A DNA stretch of 64,000 nt from Macrostomum hystrix (taxonomy: Eukaryota > Animalia > Platyhelminthes): assembly GCA_950097015.1 (NCBI GenBank), contig CATNEN010000027.1, forward strand, positions 682,001 to 746,000. The letters are read 5' to 3'. Position 1 is the stretch's first letter, and the number at the start of each line of letters is the position of its first letter. Under the pieces are notes generated by a model, which was not told the origin of the DNA, did not search any database, and was given only the letters and a program-made list of their open reading frames with translations. Shown here in pieces: positions 11,401 to 24,600 of the stretch. The translations under genes and the position numbers were made by a program.

Positions 11401-14400
11401 GGAGTCTTATGACGGAGGCTGTGGTTGGAGGCATATCGGGAACTTTATGCTCATGGGTTATCATGATCACCCCATATCATGCATCCTGTGATCCGGTCAC
11501 TTTTATGTTTTTTGAAAATGAAAATCAATATTCCAGGGCGATTTCATTCACGTGAGCTACCTGCATCTGCCGGGACACTCGGTCAAGAGTCGCATGATGA
11601 CCTACATCAGGCAGCTGCGAGAGATTCGCAACGAGAATGTCAACCCGTTTGTTGGCCTTCTGGTCGACATGGAATACCTGGGCATGGTCTGGGACCACTG
11701 TACCAGGGGCAGTCTCAAGGTAACTCATTAACAGATTAGTCAGTTACATTTTCACATGCCTTTTAAATATGCCGAAAGCAAAATTAGGACCTGTGTTTCT
11801 GTTGCAATTAGATAATTAATCACCCGTTTACTGTATTTTACTTTTATCAGGACATTATCAACAATCCGTCAGTGAACCTGGACTGGGAATTCAAGCTGTC
11901 TCTACTAACGGACCTTGTCAGGGTGAGTTTAGTTCTCGTGAGAGATGGGATTCTGTGAGAGATGGGATTCTGTGAGAGATGGGATGCTGTGAGAGATGGG
12001 ATTCTGTGAGAGATGGGATTCTGTGAGAGATGGGATTCTGTGAGAGATGGGATTCTGTGAGAGATGGGATGCTGTGAGAGATGGGATTCTGTGAGAGATG
12101 GGATTCTGTGAGAGATGTGATTCTGTGAGAGATGGGATTCTGTGAGAGATGGGATTCTGTGAGAGATGGGATTCTGTGAGAGATGGGATTCTGTGAGAGA
12201 TGTGATTCTGTGAGAGATGGGATTCTGTGAGAGATGGGATTCTGTGAGAGATGGGATTCTGTGAGAGATCGGATTCTGTGAGAGATCGGATTCTGTGAGA
12301 GATGGGATTCTGTGAGAGATCGGATTCTGTGAGAGATGGGATTCTGTGAGAGATGGGATTCTGTGAGAGATGGGATTCTGTGAGAGATGGGATTCTGTGA
12401 GAGGTGGGATTCTGTGAGAGATCGGATTCTGTGAGAGATCGGATTCTGTGAGAGATGGGATTCTGTGAGAGATCGGATTCTGTGAGAGATGGGATTCTGT
12501 GAGAGATGGGATGCTGTGAGAGATGGGATTCTGTGAGAGATGGGATTCTGTGAGAGATGGGATTCTGTGAGAGATGGGATTCTGTGAGAGATCGGATTCT
12601 GTGAGAGATCGGATTCTGTGAGAGATGGGATTCTGTGAGAGATGGGATTCTGTGAGAGATCGGATTCTGTGAGAGATCGGATTCTGTGAGAGATCGGATT
12701 CTGTGAGAGATGGGATTCTGTGAGAGATGGGATTCTGTGAGAGATGGGATGCTGTGAGAGATGGGATTCTGTGAGAGATGGGGTTCTGTGAGAGATGGGA
12801 TTCTGTGAGAGATGGGATGCTGTGAGAGATGGGATTCTGTGAGAGATGGGATTCTGTGAGAGATGGGATTCTGTGAGAGATGGGATTCTGTGAGAGATGG
12901 GATGCTTTGAGAGATGGGATTCTGTGAGAGATGGGATTCTGTGAGAGATGGGATTCTGTGAGAGATGGGATTCTGTGAGAGATGGGATTCTGTGAGAGAT
13001 GGGATTCTGTGAGAGATGGGATTCTGTGAGAGATGGGATGCTTTGAGAGATGGGATTCTGTGAGAGATCGGATTCTGTGAGAGATCGGATTCTGTGAGAG
13101 ATGGGATGCTGTGAGAGATGGGATTCTGTGAGAGATGGGATGCTTTGAGAGATGGGATTCTGTGAGAGATCGGATGCTGTGAGAGATGGGATTTAAGATG
13201 CTGCATAAAGCCTCATTATTGACATTTGTCTCATCTGTGTCAGGGCCTGCGCTACCTGCACCACAGCCCGGTGTCCATTCACGGCAACCTGAACTCCAGC
13301 AACTGCGTGGTGGACGGCCGCTGGGTGCTGAAGCTGACGGACTTTGGCTTGAACTTTGTCTACAACATCTACAGCCAACGGCCGCAGTTCACGGATGAGC
13401 AGTTGCTGTGGACAGCGCCGGAGATTCTCCGAGAGCCGCCGCCGCCGACTGGCACACATCCGGGCTCGCAGAAGGGCGACGTCTACAGCTTCTCCATCGT
13501 CATGCAGGAGATCATCACCAGGGAGGCGCCATTCGGCATGATGGGCATGACGCCGGACGAGATTTTGCGCAAGGTGCGCAAGCCGCCGCCGCTGTGCCGG
13601 CCGCAGGTCACGCAGAGCGAAGCGCCGCCAGCCTACATCCAGGTGCGATGGGGTGTGGGATACGGGGGTGTGGGATAAGGAATATGCGATATGGGATATG
13701 GGATATGGGATATGGGATATGGGATATGGGATATGGGTATGGGATATGGGTTACGGGTATTGGATATGGGATATAGGACATGGGATATGGGTTACGGGTA
13801 TTGGATATGGGATATGGGATATGGGATATGGGATATGGGATATGGGATAGTGGATATGGGATATGGGATATGAAATGTGGGGATTGAGAATTCAGGATAT
13901 GGGATATTGTATTTTGGGAAGTGGTTTCAGCTCACACTCTTCAGCCTGAACTCATCCGCGCAGGTGTTGAAGCAGGCCTGGGCTGAGAGTCCTGAGATGC
14001 GGCCTGACATGGACTCCATCTACCAGACCTTCAAGGGCCTCCTGCAGGGCCGCAAGATGAACATTGTCGACCACATGTTTAAGATGATGGAGAAGTACTC
14101 GGCCGATTTAGAGGAGACTGTGAGGGACCGGACTGCCGAGCTGGAGGTCGAGAAGAAGAAGACGGAGATGCTCATTGCTCGCATGCTGCCTAAGTGAGTC
14201 GACTGCACTTTTCCAATTGATGGGTCAGGCTATTGACTGTGACTGACAGCAGAGGGCTGTGACTGACGGCTGAGAATTGTGACTGACGGCTGAGAATCAT
14301 GATTGACGGCTGATGATTGTGATTGACAGCTGATGATTGTGATTGACAGCTGATGATTGTGATTGACAGCTGAGGATTGTGACTGACAGCTGATGATTGT

Positions 14401-17400
14401 GATTGACAGCTGATGATTGTGATTGACAGCTGAGGATTGTGACTGACGGCTGAGGAGTGTGATTGACAGCTGAGGAGTGAGACTGACAGCTGAGGATTGT
14501 GATTGACAGCTGAGGATTGTGATTGACAGCTGAGGATTGTGACTGACAGCTGAGGATTGTGACAGCTGAGGGGTGTGATTGACAGCTGAGGATTGTGATT
14601 GACAGCTGAGGATTGTGACTGACAGCTGAGGATTGTGACAGCTGAGGGGTGTGATTGACAGCTGAGGATTGTGACTGACAGCTGAGGAGTGTGACAGCTG
14701 AGGGGTGTGATTGACAGCTGAGGAGTGTGATTGACAGCTGAGGAGTGTGACTGACAGCTGAGGATTGTGATTGACAGCTGAGGAGTGTGACTGACAGCTG
14801 AGGAGTGTGACTGACAGCTGAGGAGTGTGACAGCTGAGGGGTGTGATTGACAGCTGAGGAGTGTGATTGACAGCTGAGGAGTGTGACTGACAGCTGAGGA
14901 GTGTGATTGACAGCTGAGGAGTGTGACTGACAGCTGAGGAGTGTGATTGACAGCTGATGATTGTGATTGACAGCTGAGGATTGTGACTGACAGCTGATGA
15001 TTGTGAGTGATTGAGAGTCAGTTCATCAATTCATTTCTTGGAAATTTCTTTCAAACACATTTAGCATTTAATAAACCAGTTGCTCACATATTCCTCTTGC
15101 AGTCAATAATATAATAATAATTGCAGGAGGGCTGCGGGCAAAGGCACATCATTTAGTGACACTAGACCCGCAGCCAGCGAGGAGGCAATTCTGCCCATTC
15201 CGCTGACTCCTGAGCACACACGCACACAGATACCGTACGCAGGCATACGCTTACACGGGTGTGTACATCTGCCCTGACTTTCTCATCGTCAGTCAGTGTA
15301 CACTCTCATTGTGCCTTGGAGGTTGGCCCTCAAGGGCGCAAATCACGTGACAAGCTCCCAAGCCTTCTCTTCGCGGCTGCGCCCCAAATGAATGTGGCCT
15401 CGCCGCGGAATCGAACTCAGGGACCTTGGTGCCAGAGGCAAACAAGTTAACCGCCCCGCCCTCTAGCAGTTCGTCTAGCTGTAAGCTTTCTCCTATGAAA
15501 GGTGGGATGGGATGTGAGACTGCTCAGAAATTACAAATCTAAAGGCTTAAGCAGCTGAGCATGTCCCGAGTTTCTAAGAAATCTGCAGAGAAAATAACAA
15601 ACTACAAGCCCGCCTAGCACGACTAAAACAATGCAGTGGGAGTGGCTAGATACCCCTCCTTAGCAACTGCCCAGCAACACTGCAACAGAGCAGCCCCCAC
15701 TGCAGGTGAAAATAATCACCTAGAAGGACGGATGCGCGACAGACGGCATCACAAGACTGCTCACGTTTTTAATTAACACAGTTCCTATGTGCTCAAAATT
15801 TATTTGACGTTGTCGCACATTGACGAGTGTGGGAAACTGGGATGCACCAACCAGCTGGCGTGAGATACTTTTTTACCTGATTCTATCGAAATCATTGAAG
15901 ATCGAACCTGTGTCCTTTGCTTTGCTGAAGACCGTTGAAAATGTGTTCTTAGCATCTGATTTTGCTTGATGCCAGCGTTGTCGTGCGGCGGGAAAATTCA
16001 TAGATTAGAAAACTTTAAACTGTGAACCATTTTGACTCGTTAAGCTAAGGATTAAGCTAAATCTCATGCAGCACTGTCACCGACTTCTTTGTCTTCTCAA
16101 CTCAGAGCTTGCTTAATTAGCTAGGAAGGCGGCTGGGAAAAGGTTTTACGAGTTTTAGTAAGTTGGCGACTAAGGCTTAGAAGACAGGCAAAGTCGAGAG
16201 GCTGAGCAAAGCGCGGAGGTTGAAAGCTGGCTTTGAAATGCGAGACTTAAGCTTATGCAGTGGGTGAGCTGTGGAACTGATTCAGGAGCCGAGCGGGAAC
16301 CCGCTAATTACCAGCCAGCCAGGACGGCGACTTACAACTGGGCGCGCACCTCGCCCAAAAAACTCGCATTATCAGCTATTTTAACAGTTGCTAGGGTGAT
16401 CGAGTTAGTAAGCGAGTTTTCTTATATATTTTCCTATCACTGTTCTGTTTCTTTCGCAGTTGATTTCACTTTCATATACGAGCGTAGTTTCACTTTCACT
16501 TTCATCACTTTTATAATCTATATAAAAAATCCCAAATCGATGAAATCCCAAAACGAGGAAATCCCAAATCGATGAAATCCCAAATCGATGAAATCCCGAA
16601 TCGTGAAAATCACAAATTGATGCGATCCCAAATCGATGAAATCCCAAATCTATGAAATCCCAAATCTATGAAATCTCAAATCGGGGAAACCCCAAATCAG
16701 GGATATCTCAAATTGATGCAATCCCAAATCGATGATATCCTAAATCGATGAACGCAGATCGATGAAATCTTAAATTAATAAAATACTAAATCGGGGAAAT
16801 CCCAAATCGAGGAAATCCCAAATCAATATAAATTATTTACAAATGAAGGCTCAATCAATCAAATCCTATATTGATAAATAGTTAAATCAATGGAATAAAA
16901 AATCGATAAAATCACAACAGGTTGAATCTTCAAATCAAGTGACCCGCTTTGAATAACTGACCTCCACCCACTGCAGGATCGTAGCCAAGAGCCTCATGGA
17001 GGGCCAGGCCGTTGAGCCGGAGGAATTCGACGAGGTGACAATCTACTTCAGCGACATTGTCGGCTTCACAACGATCTCAGCGATGAGCTCGCCTCTGCAG
17101 GTCGTGGATCTGCTCAACGATTTGTACACCATGTTCGATGAGACACTGGAGGAATATGATGTCTATAAGGTGCGCTATCTGTTTCATTCTCAGAAATGGT
17201 TATCCAAGTCATGTAAATCCTAAAATAAGTAAATCCCAAAAAGATAAAATCCCAAATTCATGAAATCCCAAATCTATGGATTCTTAAATCGATGAAATCC
17301 CAAATCAATGAATTCCAAAATCAATGAATTCCTAAATCGATGAATTCCAAAATCGATGAAATCCCAAAGCGAGTAAATCCCAAATCGATGAAATCCCAAA

Positions 17401-20400
17401 TAGATGAATTCCTAAATCGAGTAAATCCCAAATCGATGAAATCCCAAATCGAGGAATTCCCAAATCGATTAAATCCCAAATCAATGAATTCCCAAATCGA
17501 TAAAATCCCAAATCGATGAAATCGATGAAAAAATCCAATTCCACATCGATATACAACCCCATGCGAGAAAGTACCTCCCAGCTTTCACTTCGCGACTGCG
17601 CCCCAGATTAATGCTGTCTCACTGCTGATTCGAGTTCAGGGATTTTGGTGCAAGAGTTGAATGCATCACCGTTTCTCCCACTCGTCATGCATAGGTCGAG
17701 ACCATTGGCGACGCCTACATGGTCGTGTCCGGCTTGCCGACTAGAAATGGCAACCGACACGCCGGTGAAATCTCCACGGTGGCGTTGGATCTGCTGTCAC
17801 GCTGCGGCAGCTTCACTATACGACACATGCCGGACATTCCGCTCAGACTGCGCATCGGATTGCACAGCGGCAGCTGCGTTGCTGGGGTTGTCGGCCTCAC
17901 CATGCCTCGGTAGGGGGGCGGCGGGGCTGGACTGGGGTTGTCGGCCTCACCATGCCTCGGTAGGGGGGCGGCGGGGCTGGACTGGGGTTGTCGGCCTCAC
18001 CATGCCTCGGTAGGGGGCGGCGGAGCTAGACTGGGGTTGTCGGCCTCACCATGCCTCGGTAGGGGGCGGCGGGGCTGGACTGGGGTTGTCGGCCTCACCA
18101 TGCCTCGGTAGGGGGCGGCGGGGCTGGACTGGGGTTGTCGGCCTCACCATGCCTCGGTAGGGGGCGGCGGGGCTGGACTGGGGTTGTCGGCCTCACGGTG
18201 GGGGTGGATGTTTCGGCTGGGGTTGTTGGCCTCACGGTCGGGGGTGGATGTTTGGGCTGGGGTTGTTGGCCTCACGATTGGGGGTGGATGATTGGGCTGG
18301 GGTTGTTGGCCTCCCGGTGGGGTGGTGGTTTTGGCTGGGGTTGTTGGCCCCACAATGCCCCACGTGGTTAAACGCAGCCCACAAAGCTTCTCTCCCAACC
18401 GGCCCGTCCAGCTACTGCCTGTTCGGCGACACCGTGAACACGGCCAGCCGCATGGAGTCCACCGGAGCCGCCTTCCGCATCCACGTCAGCCCGTTCACCA
18501 AGGAGATTCTGGACCAGCTGGGCGGCTATCATCTGCAGTTGCGCGGCGAGGTGGAGCTGAAGGGCCGCGGCATGGTCAAGTCCTACTGGCTGGTAGGCAA
18601 AGACAACTTCAACAAGCCGCTGCCCGAGCCGCCCGAGATTGTTGAAGGGGCCGAAAATCACGGGTGAGACTGAGATGGAGGCAATGAGATGATAGACACA
18701 TCAAGACACTAAGAGATTTAGGATAATCACACTGAGAGATTCAGGATAATCACACTGAGAGATTCAGCATAATCACACTGAGAGATTCAGGAGCATCACA
18801 CTGAGAGATTCAGCATAATCACACTGAGAGATTCAGCATGTAGTTCTGAGAGATTCAGGATGTAGTTCTCAGAGATTCAGGATGTAGTTCTGAGAGATTC
18901 AGGATGTAGTTCTAAGAGATTCAGGATGTAGTTCTGAGATATTCAGGATGTAGCTCTGAGAGATTCAGGATGTAGTTCTGAGAGATTCAGGATGTAGTTC
19001 TGAGAGATTGAGGATGTAGCTCTGAGAGATTCAGGATGTAGCTCTGAGAGATTCAGGATGTAGACACTGAGAGATTCAGGATGTAGTTCTGAGAGATTCA
19101 GGATGTAGTTCTGAGAGATTCAGCATGTAGTTCTGAGAGATTCAGGATGTAGTTCTAAGAGATTCAGGATGTAGTTCTGAGAGATTCAGGATGTAGTTCT
19201 GAGAGATTCAGGATGTAGTTCTGAGAGATTCAGGATGTAGTTCTAAGAGATTCAGGATGTAGCTCTGAGAGATTCAGGATGTAGTTCTCAGAGATTCAGG
19301 ATGTAGTTTTCAGAGATTCAGGATGTAGTTCTGAGAGATTCAGGATGTAGTTCTGAGAGATTCAGGATGTAGTTCTGAGAGATTCAGGATGTAGTTCTGA
19401 GAGATTCAGGATGTAGACACTGAGAGACTCAGGATGTAGACACTGAGAGACTCAGGGAAAGATTCAGGATGAGCACACTGAGAGACTTAGGATGTAGACA
19501 CTGAGAGACTCAGGATGTAGACACTGAGAGACTCAGGATGTAGACACTGAGAGACTCAGGATGTAGACACTGAGAGACTCAGGATGTAGACACTGAGAGA
19601 CTCAGGATGTAGACACTGAGAGACTCAGGATGTAGACACTGAGAGACTCAGGATGTAGACACTGAGAGACTCAGGATGTAGACACTGAGAGACTCAGGAT
19701 GTAGACACTGAGAGACAAAATACTTAAGGATAGTGAAATCCGGATTCTCAGGCAGTTTTGGCATTCCGCGCCCACAATGCTTGATCATAGTTGCTCAGCT
19801 TGGACTGTAACTTCCAATTAAAAGAATATGATTTCATTTTTATCATCACGCACATTCTGAGTCCTACCTGGCAACTAAACTGCCGCCCAGTTGTCTCTTA
19901 CTGATCTCTTCCTTGGCCTAGCCCTGAATCGGCTAATTGAGCACAGACGGTGCCGTGACACGGTGGGGAGGAGAGCTGGACTTTGGGAGACCGGGGGGGA
20001 AGGCAACGAGACAGACTTTAGGGAGATCGGGGCTGAGTTTCACTTCAAGAAAATCTGATTGAGCCGCGCGGTTCGCTGTTTTAAGGCCAACTGCAACTAC
20101 GAAGACTTAATTAGATTTTTTTATTCTGCCGACTTCACAGTCGCTTGCTTGCCTTTCTGAGCAGTCTCGCTCTCTGCTAAGTAAAGCTCGCCCCGTTTCT
20201 AAGGCTTAATACTGAGCACCTGACCTGTCCCCAGTTGCAATTTAGGATAACACAAGCGATGGGGATTAGCAACATTTCTGCTTTAAAAGAGCAGAAATTT
20301 AACGACGACATTTGCAAAAACCTGATTCGTAAATCATTTTCTCGACTCTCCGCCTAATGATCTTGCCTGTTCTCAGCAGTCCTGAGTAAATGAGAACGTT

Positions 20401-20908
20401 GGCCAATAAAAAAGCTAGTTATCGAAAACACAATGTAGCAGCCTTGCTCAGCTAGCTACAGCGCAAGAACTGCTCCTCAATGTCTGTCTTGTTTTTTATT
20501 AATCCCGCAGAACAAAACGTATAGCTGCACTTCAAGCAACCATTTGTTGCGAACTTTTCTTAGGAAGTAAAACGCTCATTTAATTGATGCCTTGTTGTTG
20601 GCTTATCACGGTTTCTCGGTACATTATTCTTTTCACAAAACAACCCACACAGTCTGGCCTCTCTCGGACTGAAGAAGCCGCCCCCGCCGCCAGCGCCGAA
20701 ACCGAGCGAGGCGAAGGCGGCGAAATCGGACGACGGAACTGGCGCCGAAGCCGAGACTAAAATGGCGCAGGAGGATCCCAAGAAGCGGCCGCAGGCAGCC
20801 AATATGGCCACATCGGAGAGCAGCGACTCCGGATTTGTTGGCGGGCCAACGCTGCCCAACGGCAAGGTGGCGCAGAGCTTCCTGCCGCCAATAGAAACCG
20901 ATGTCTGA
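5451..20908 (+). CDS. Receptor (membrane) guanylate cyclase, GUCY2D/2F-like; exons 5451-6144, 7938-8200, 8300-8636, 9389-9476, 9695-9797, 10792-10959, 11537-11719, 11851-11922, 13244-13642, 13964-14193, 16977-17169, 17695-17909, 18412-18663, 20653-20908
   Basis: Signal peptide [18 protein letters not shown]; about 430-aa ectodomain; TM exon [22 protein letters not shown]; juxtamembrane KGPNKMLL; kinase-homology domain ([41 protein letters not shown]); hinge [26 protein letters not shown]; cyclase core [46 protein letters not shown]. All junctions GT-AG with consistent phases. Confidence 0.95.
6219..6370 (+). mobile_element. Second, diverged copy of the same SINE family in guanylate cyclase intron 1
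   Basis: GTCGGGGGTTCAACCC B-box-like segment plus ATTTGTGTCCTTTAGCAAGACAC shared with 4779-4800. Confidence 0.6.
8700..9190. repeat. 46-bp pyrimidine-rich minisatellite in cyclase intron 3
   Basis: Unit CTCGACCCTCCACCTCACTCCTCTTGGCTGTGTTTTCCTTACCCCT. Confidence 0.9.
9798..10720. repeat. About 27-32-bp purine-rich minisatellite starting at the donor of cyclase intron 5
   Basis: Unit CGGTGAGAGTAGATAGATAAGATGGGA contains the donor CG|GTGAGAG. Confidence 0.9.
11000..11395. repeat. 16-bp minisatellite (GTGATTCAAGGATAAT) in cyclase intron 6
   Basis: Tandem units visible. Confidence 0.9.
11935..13190. repeat. 17-bp minisatellite (GATTCTGTGAGAGATGG) filling cyclase intron 8
   Basis: About 70 tandem units; explains the 425-aa periodic ORF on the - strand. 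Confidence 0.95.
13650..13875. repeat. 7-bp GGGATAT repeat in cyclase intron 9
   Basis: Tandem units visible. Confidence 0.9.
14235..15010. repeat. 20-bp minisatellite (GTGATTGACAGCTGAGGATT) in cyclase intron 10
   Basis: Tandem units visible. Confidence 0.9.
15330..15460 (-). mobile_element. Probable tRNA-derived SINE head on the - strand
   Basis: GGAATCGAACTC on + is the reverse complement of a B-box (GAGTTCGATTCC). Confidence 0.4.
16530..17530. repeat. 16-bp AAATCCCAAATCGATG repeats on both sides (16530-16860 and 17225-17530) of cyclase exon 16977-17169
   Basis: Same degenerate unit in two consecutive introns. Confidence 0.85.
17882..18362 (+). repeat. 49-50-bp tandem repeat made of the end of cyclase exon 12 plus its splice donor; 6 intact copies, then degenerate ones
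   Basis: CTGGGGTTGTCGGCCTCACCATGCCTCG|GTAGGGGG at 17882, 17932, 17982, 18031, 18080, 18129. Confidence 0.95.
18715..19715. repeat. 22-bp minisatellite (TAGTTCTGAGAGATTCAGGATG) in cyclase intron 13
   Basis: Tandem units with gradual sequence drift along the array. Confidence 0.92.
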
Positions 20909-21676
20909 CACAGTTTACTTCGCGCCTGCCCCTTTTCTTGACGCTCATTGGTTCCCGGCTGGGCGACCAATTAGAACGCGGAGTTAGGTGATGGTCGTTC
21001 AGTGTTGACAAGACGTGGGGTGGGTGCTCCAGAGGGTAAGAGATGTGCATACGGAGTGAGGTGGCTGTTCCTTCGGGGGGAATAGTACATGCGCCATTCG
21101 GGTGTGTGATTTATAAATGTTTTTTCAACAATGAATGCAAGTGATCGTTTAAAAATAGAGCGAGTCAATCTAATCTCAATGTATGCCTTTGCAAGAACCG
21201 GCTAAATCACAAAATTAATATGCAACTGCACAAAATAGCACAAATTCATGCGAAGTAGGCACCGATTGTGGCGCACAACTTGCAAAAAGTTCAACAAGCA
21301 ACATTTGCTGGCCTCAAAAATATTTTTCGCAGCTCATTTTTTTATTGTTCTAGAGTTAGGTCGCATAGTAACTGCGCTTTTCTGCACAAAATTTATCAAT
21401 TTCTGTTAAAATGCACATATGGAGCAGGGTTTGTTCAATCTGATTTGGTCAATTTAATAATCTTTCATTTGATTCTTAGCGCCTCTAGATGAACAGCGTT
21501 TGCTAGCTGTATTTTGCTCGCCAAATGTTTTACACTCTACTTGTGAGTAGAGTGTTGCGTTTTGCATAAGAAAAGTCTATTGAGGAAAATCAATGAACGA
21601 GTCATTTTTGCGGGCAATAATTAGACTGTTAGAGAGAGTTCTCTGCACCTTTGATGTCGCTTTCACAAAATTTGCC

Positions 21677-24600
21677 TCAATCCAGCTGTCTGAATGTACT
21701 TTCTACATTTTTTGCCTGCAGTGCTCATGAATGTCCGGGTTCTTTTTTAAATTATATTGAATAGTAACTAAAAGCTATTTTCAGTGTCTGCTATTTATAT
21801 CCCAACAGACTGTAACGGAACTGTGATGGATTCTTTTTAACTTTTCATTTTTTCGGGTATCACTGGATGCCTTATTTGTACTTGAAAAGAGTATGAAGAT
21901 TATTTTAGCTGTCATACTACGAATCAACAAACATACATTCAGTTCTCGAATGAAGCAAATGCAGTTCTTATCAGATGTCTTTTTTTCGAGTCACGTTTAA
22001 ATTATTAAAAACTGAAAAATTTCTAACTCAGAAGTATTGAGTACAAGACAGGAAAATTATTAAACAAAAAATGCACAAAAACCAGAAAGTCAAAGCAATT
22101 CAGCAAACTTTAGCATGCATCTCCCAGCCTGTCATCTCCCAGCCTGTCATCTCCCAGCCTGTCATCTCCCAGCCTGTCATCTCCCAGCCTGTCATCTCCC
22201 AGCCTGTCATCTCCCAGCCTGTCATCTCCCAGCCCGTCATCTCCCAGCCTGTCATCTCCCGGCATGTCATCTCCCAGCCTGTCATCTCCCAGCCTGTCAT
22301 CTCCCAGCCTGTCATCTCCCAGCCTGTCATCTCCCGGCCTGTCATCTCCCAGCCTGTCATCTCCCGGCCTGTCATCTCCCAGCCTGTCATCTCCCAGCCT
22401 GTCATCTCCCAGCCTGTCATCTCCCGGCCTGTCATCTCCCAGCCTGTCATCTCCCAGCCTGTCATCTCCCAGCCTGTCATCTCCCAGCCTGTCATCTGCC
22501 AGCCTGTCATCTCCCAGCCTGTCATCTCCCGGCCTGTCATCTCCCAGCCTGTCATCTCCCAGCCTGTCATCTCCCAGCCTGTCATCTCCCAGTCTGTCAT
22601 CTCCCGGCCTGTCATCTCCCAGCCCGTCATATCCCAGCCTGTCATCTCCCAGCCTGTCATCTCCCAGCCTTCCCTTCCAGCACCTGTTGTACCTCGAAGT
22701 CGTCATCAATGTACAGATCGTCCATTGACTTTACTGACGCAGCCGGAGCTGCTGCGGCCGCTGCTGCTGCCAATGGCGAGGAGCCGTCATCATCAGTCAT
22801 CACACCGACTGCAGAAGCAGAAGCAGTAGCAGCATATGGTTCTTCAGTGCTTTGCTGGCTCGGCCGAAAGTGGCTCGATGAGTATTGACTGCAGCAACAG
22901 CAGCAGCGGCAGCCGCTCCTCCAGCTGTCGTCATCTTGGCTGCCCTTCAGCGGTTCTAGCAGCTGCGTCAGTGCCGTCAAGGCCGTCGCCAGGTGCCGAT
23001 TCCGCTGGTCCGTCTCGGCTAACCGCAGGCGCAAATAGCGGCTCTCCTCAGTGAGGCCCTGAAATTGACTTGTTTTTGAAAAATAGCGATGCTCTTTCGT
23101 TTTAACACTACACGTTACCACAGACCTTGAGTGACAACGAGTTGCAAACAATCTGATTGGCCAGTTGGTCTGCGGTCCGACAGGCTCTCATCAAGTCACG
23201 ACGCAGTTGCCGCGTGTCCAACTCCAGACCAGCCAGTCGGCGCTCGCAGCCGGCCTGTTCGAGGCTTTCAATCCGGCTGGCCAGCTGCTCGGCCTGCGAT
23301 TGGCTGGCCTGACGGGAGAGGGTTGTGGGAGGGGATAGAGAAACGATCTCACGCATGTACGAGTACACTTACACATGTACTTAATTAGCTTATTTAGGAG
23401 CTAATCTATTTATTAGCCCAATCAATTATCTATAAATAGCATCAGAAAAATCCACTTCAGCCAATCAAAGCGAATGTTGAATCCGATAGGCTAAATTGAA
23501 ATATTGTATTGTATTCTTGGAATGCGATGCGCGCATAAATGCAACGATAAAAGTACCAAAAATTTAATTACTCGTATAAAGAAAGTGCAAATCTGAACTT
23601 ATCCGGCCTTAACGCAGATAGATTTGTATACCAATATCCCATAAGGCATGGATCAGCATTTCCGCCAGTAATTGGATATTTGAGCATAGCAGACCGATGG
23701 CAGCTCCAAATTGAGCCTCCACTATTGCGGCTACTCATTTCTTCAGCCACATGCTACATGTATGAATTGATAGCCATGTGAACACACAGGCCACTCAGCA
23801 ACTGGTCCAGCCTTCGCCTTCCTCTTCACTTCCCCCTCCTCTCTCCCTGCTCAACCAGCATCCCCAGCAGAATCCCCATTCAGTCTCAGCTCATTGCTAG
23901 GGGGAGTTTAGGCACTCTCATTTCTGCATTAAAGACAGTCAGATCGATATTAGACTTGATTTTGTTCAGGCCCAAGCTGCCTGCCCCTTCATTTCCTGAC
24001 CTACCCACTTGCTGTCGCTTTCAAATGCTGGCCTGTTCAGAAATTCCCCTGGTGCCCTGCGCTTCTGTTCTTATCTCACTGGAGTACCAAGGGCACAACT
24101 CAACTGGAGACGAAGCTTTATGGGACATGACAGGCTGGATGCGACATGACAGGCTGGATGGGACATGACAGGCTGGATGGGAGATTACAGGCTGGATGGG
24201 AGATGACAGGCTGGATGGGAGATGACAGGCTGGATGGGAGATGACAGGCTGGATGGGAGATGACAGGCAGGGAGATTACAGGCTGGGAGATGACAGGCTG
24301 AATGGGAGATGACAGGCTGGATGGGAGATGACAGGCTGGATGGGAGATGACAGGCTGGATAGGAGATGACAGGCTGGATGGGAGATGACAGGCTGGATGG
24401 GAGATGACAGGCTGGATGGGAGATGACAGGCTGGATGGGGGATGACAGGCTGGATGGGAGATGACAGGCTGGGAGATGACAGGCTGGATGGGAGATTACA
24501 GGCTGGGAGATGACAGGCTGGATGGGAGATGACAGGCTGGATGGGAGATGACAGGCTGGATGGGAGATGACAGGCTGGATGGGAGATGACAGGCTGGGAG

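Noticed and set aside
11929-13206. 425-aa - strand ORF and the other periodic ORFs (9887-10860, 22071-22888, 24185-26392, 27150-27885, 31421-33424, 55662-56527, 58501-58975, 62242-62564)
   Set aside because: Stop-free read-throughs of minisatellites; peptide period equals the repeat unit.
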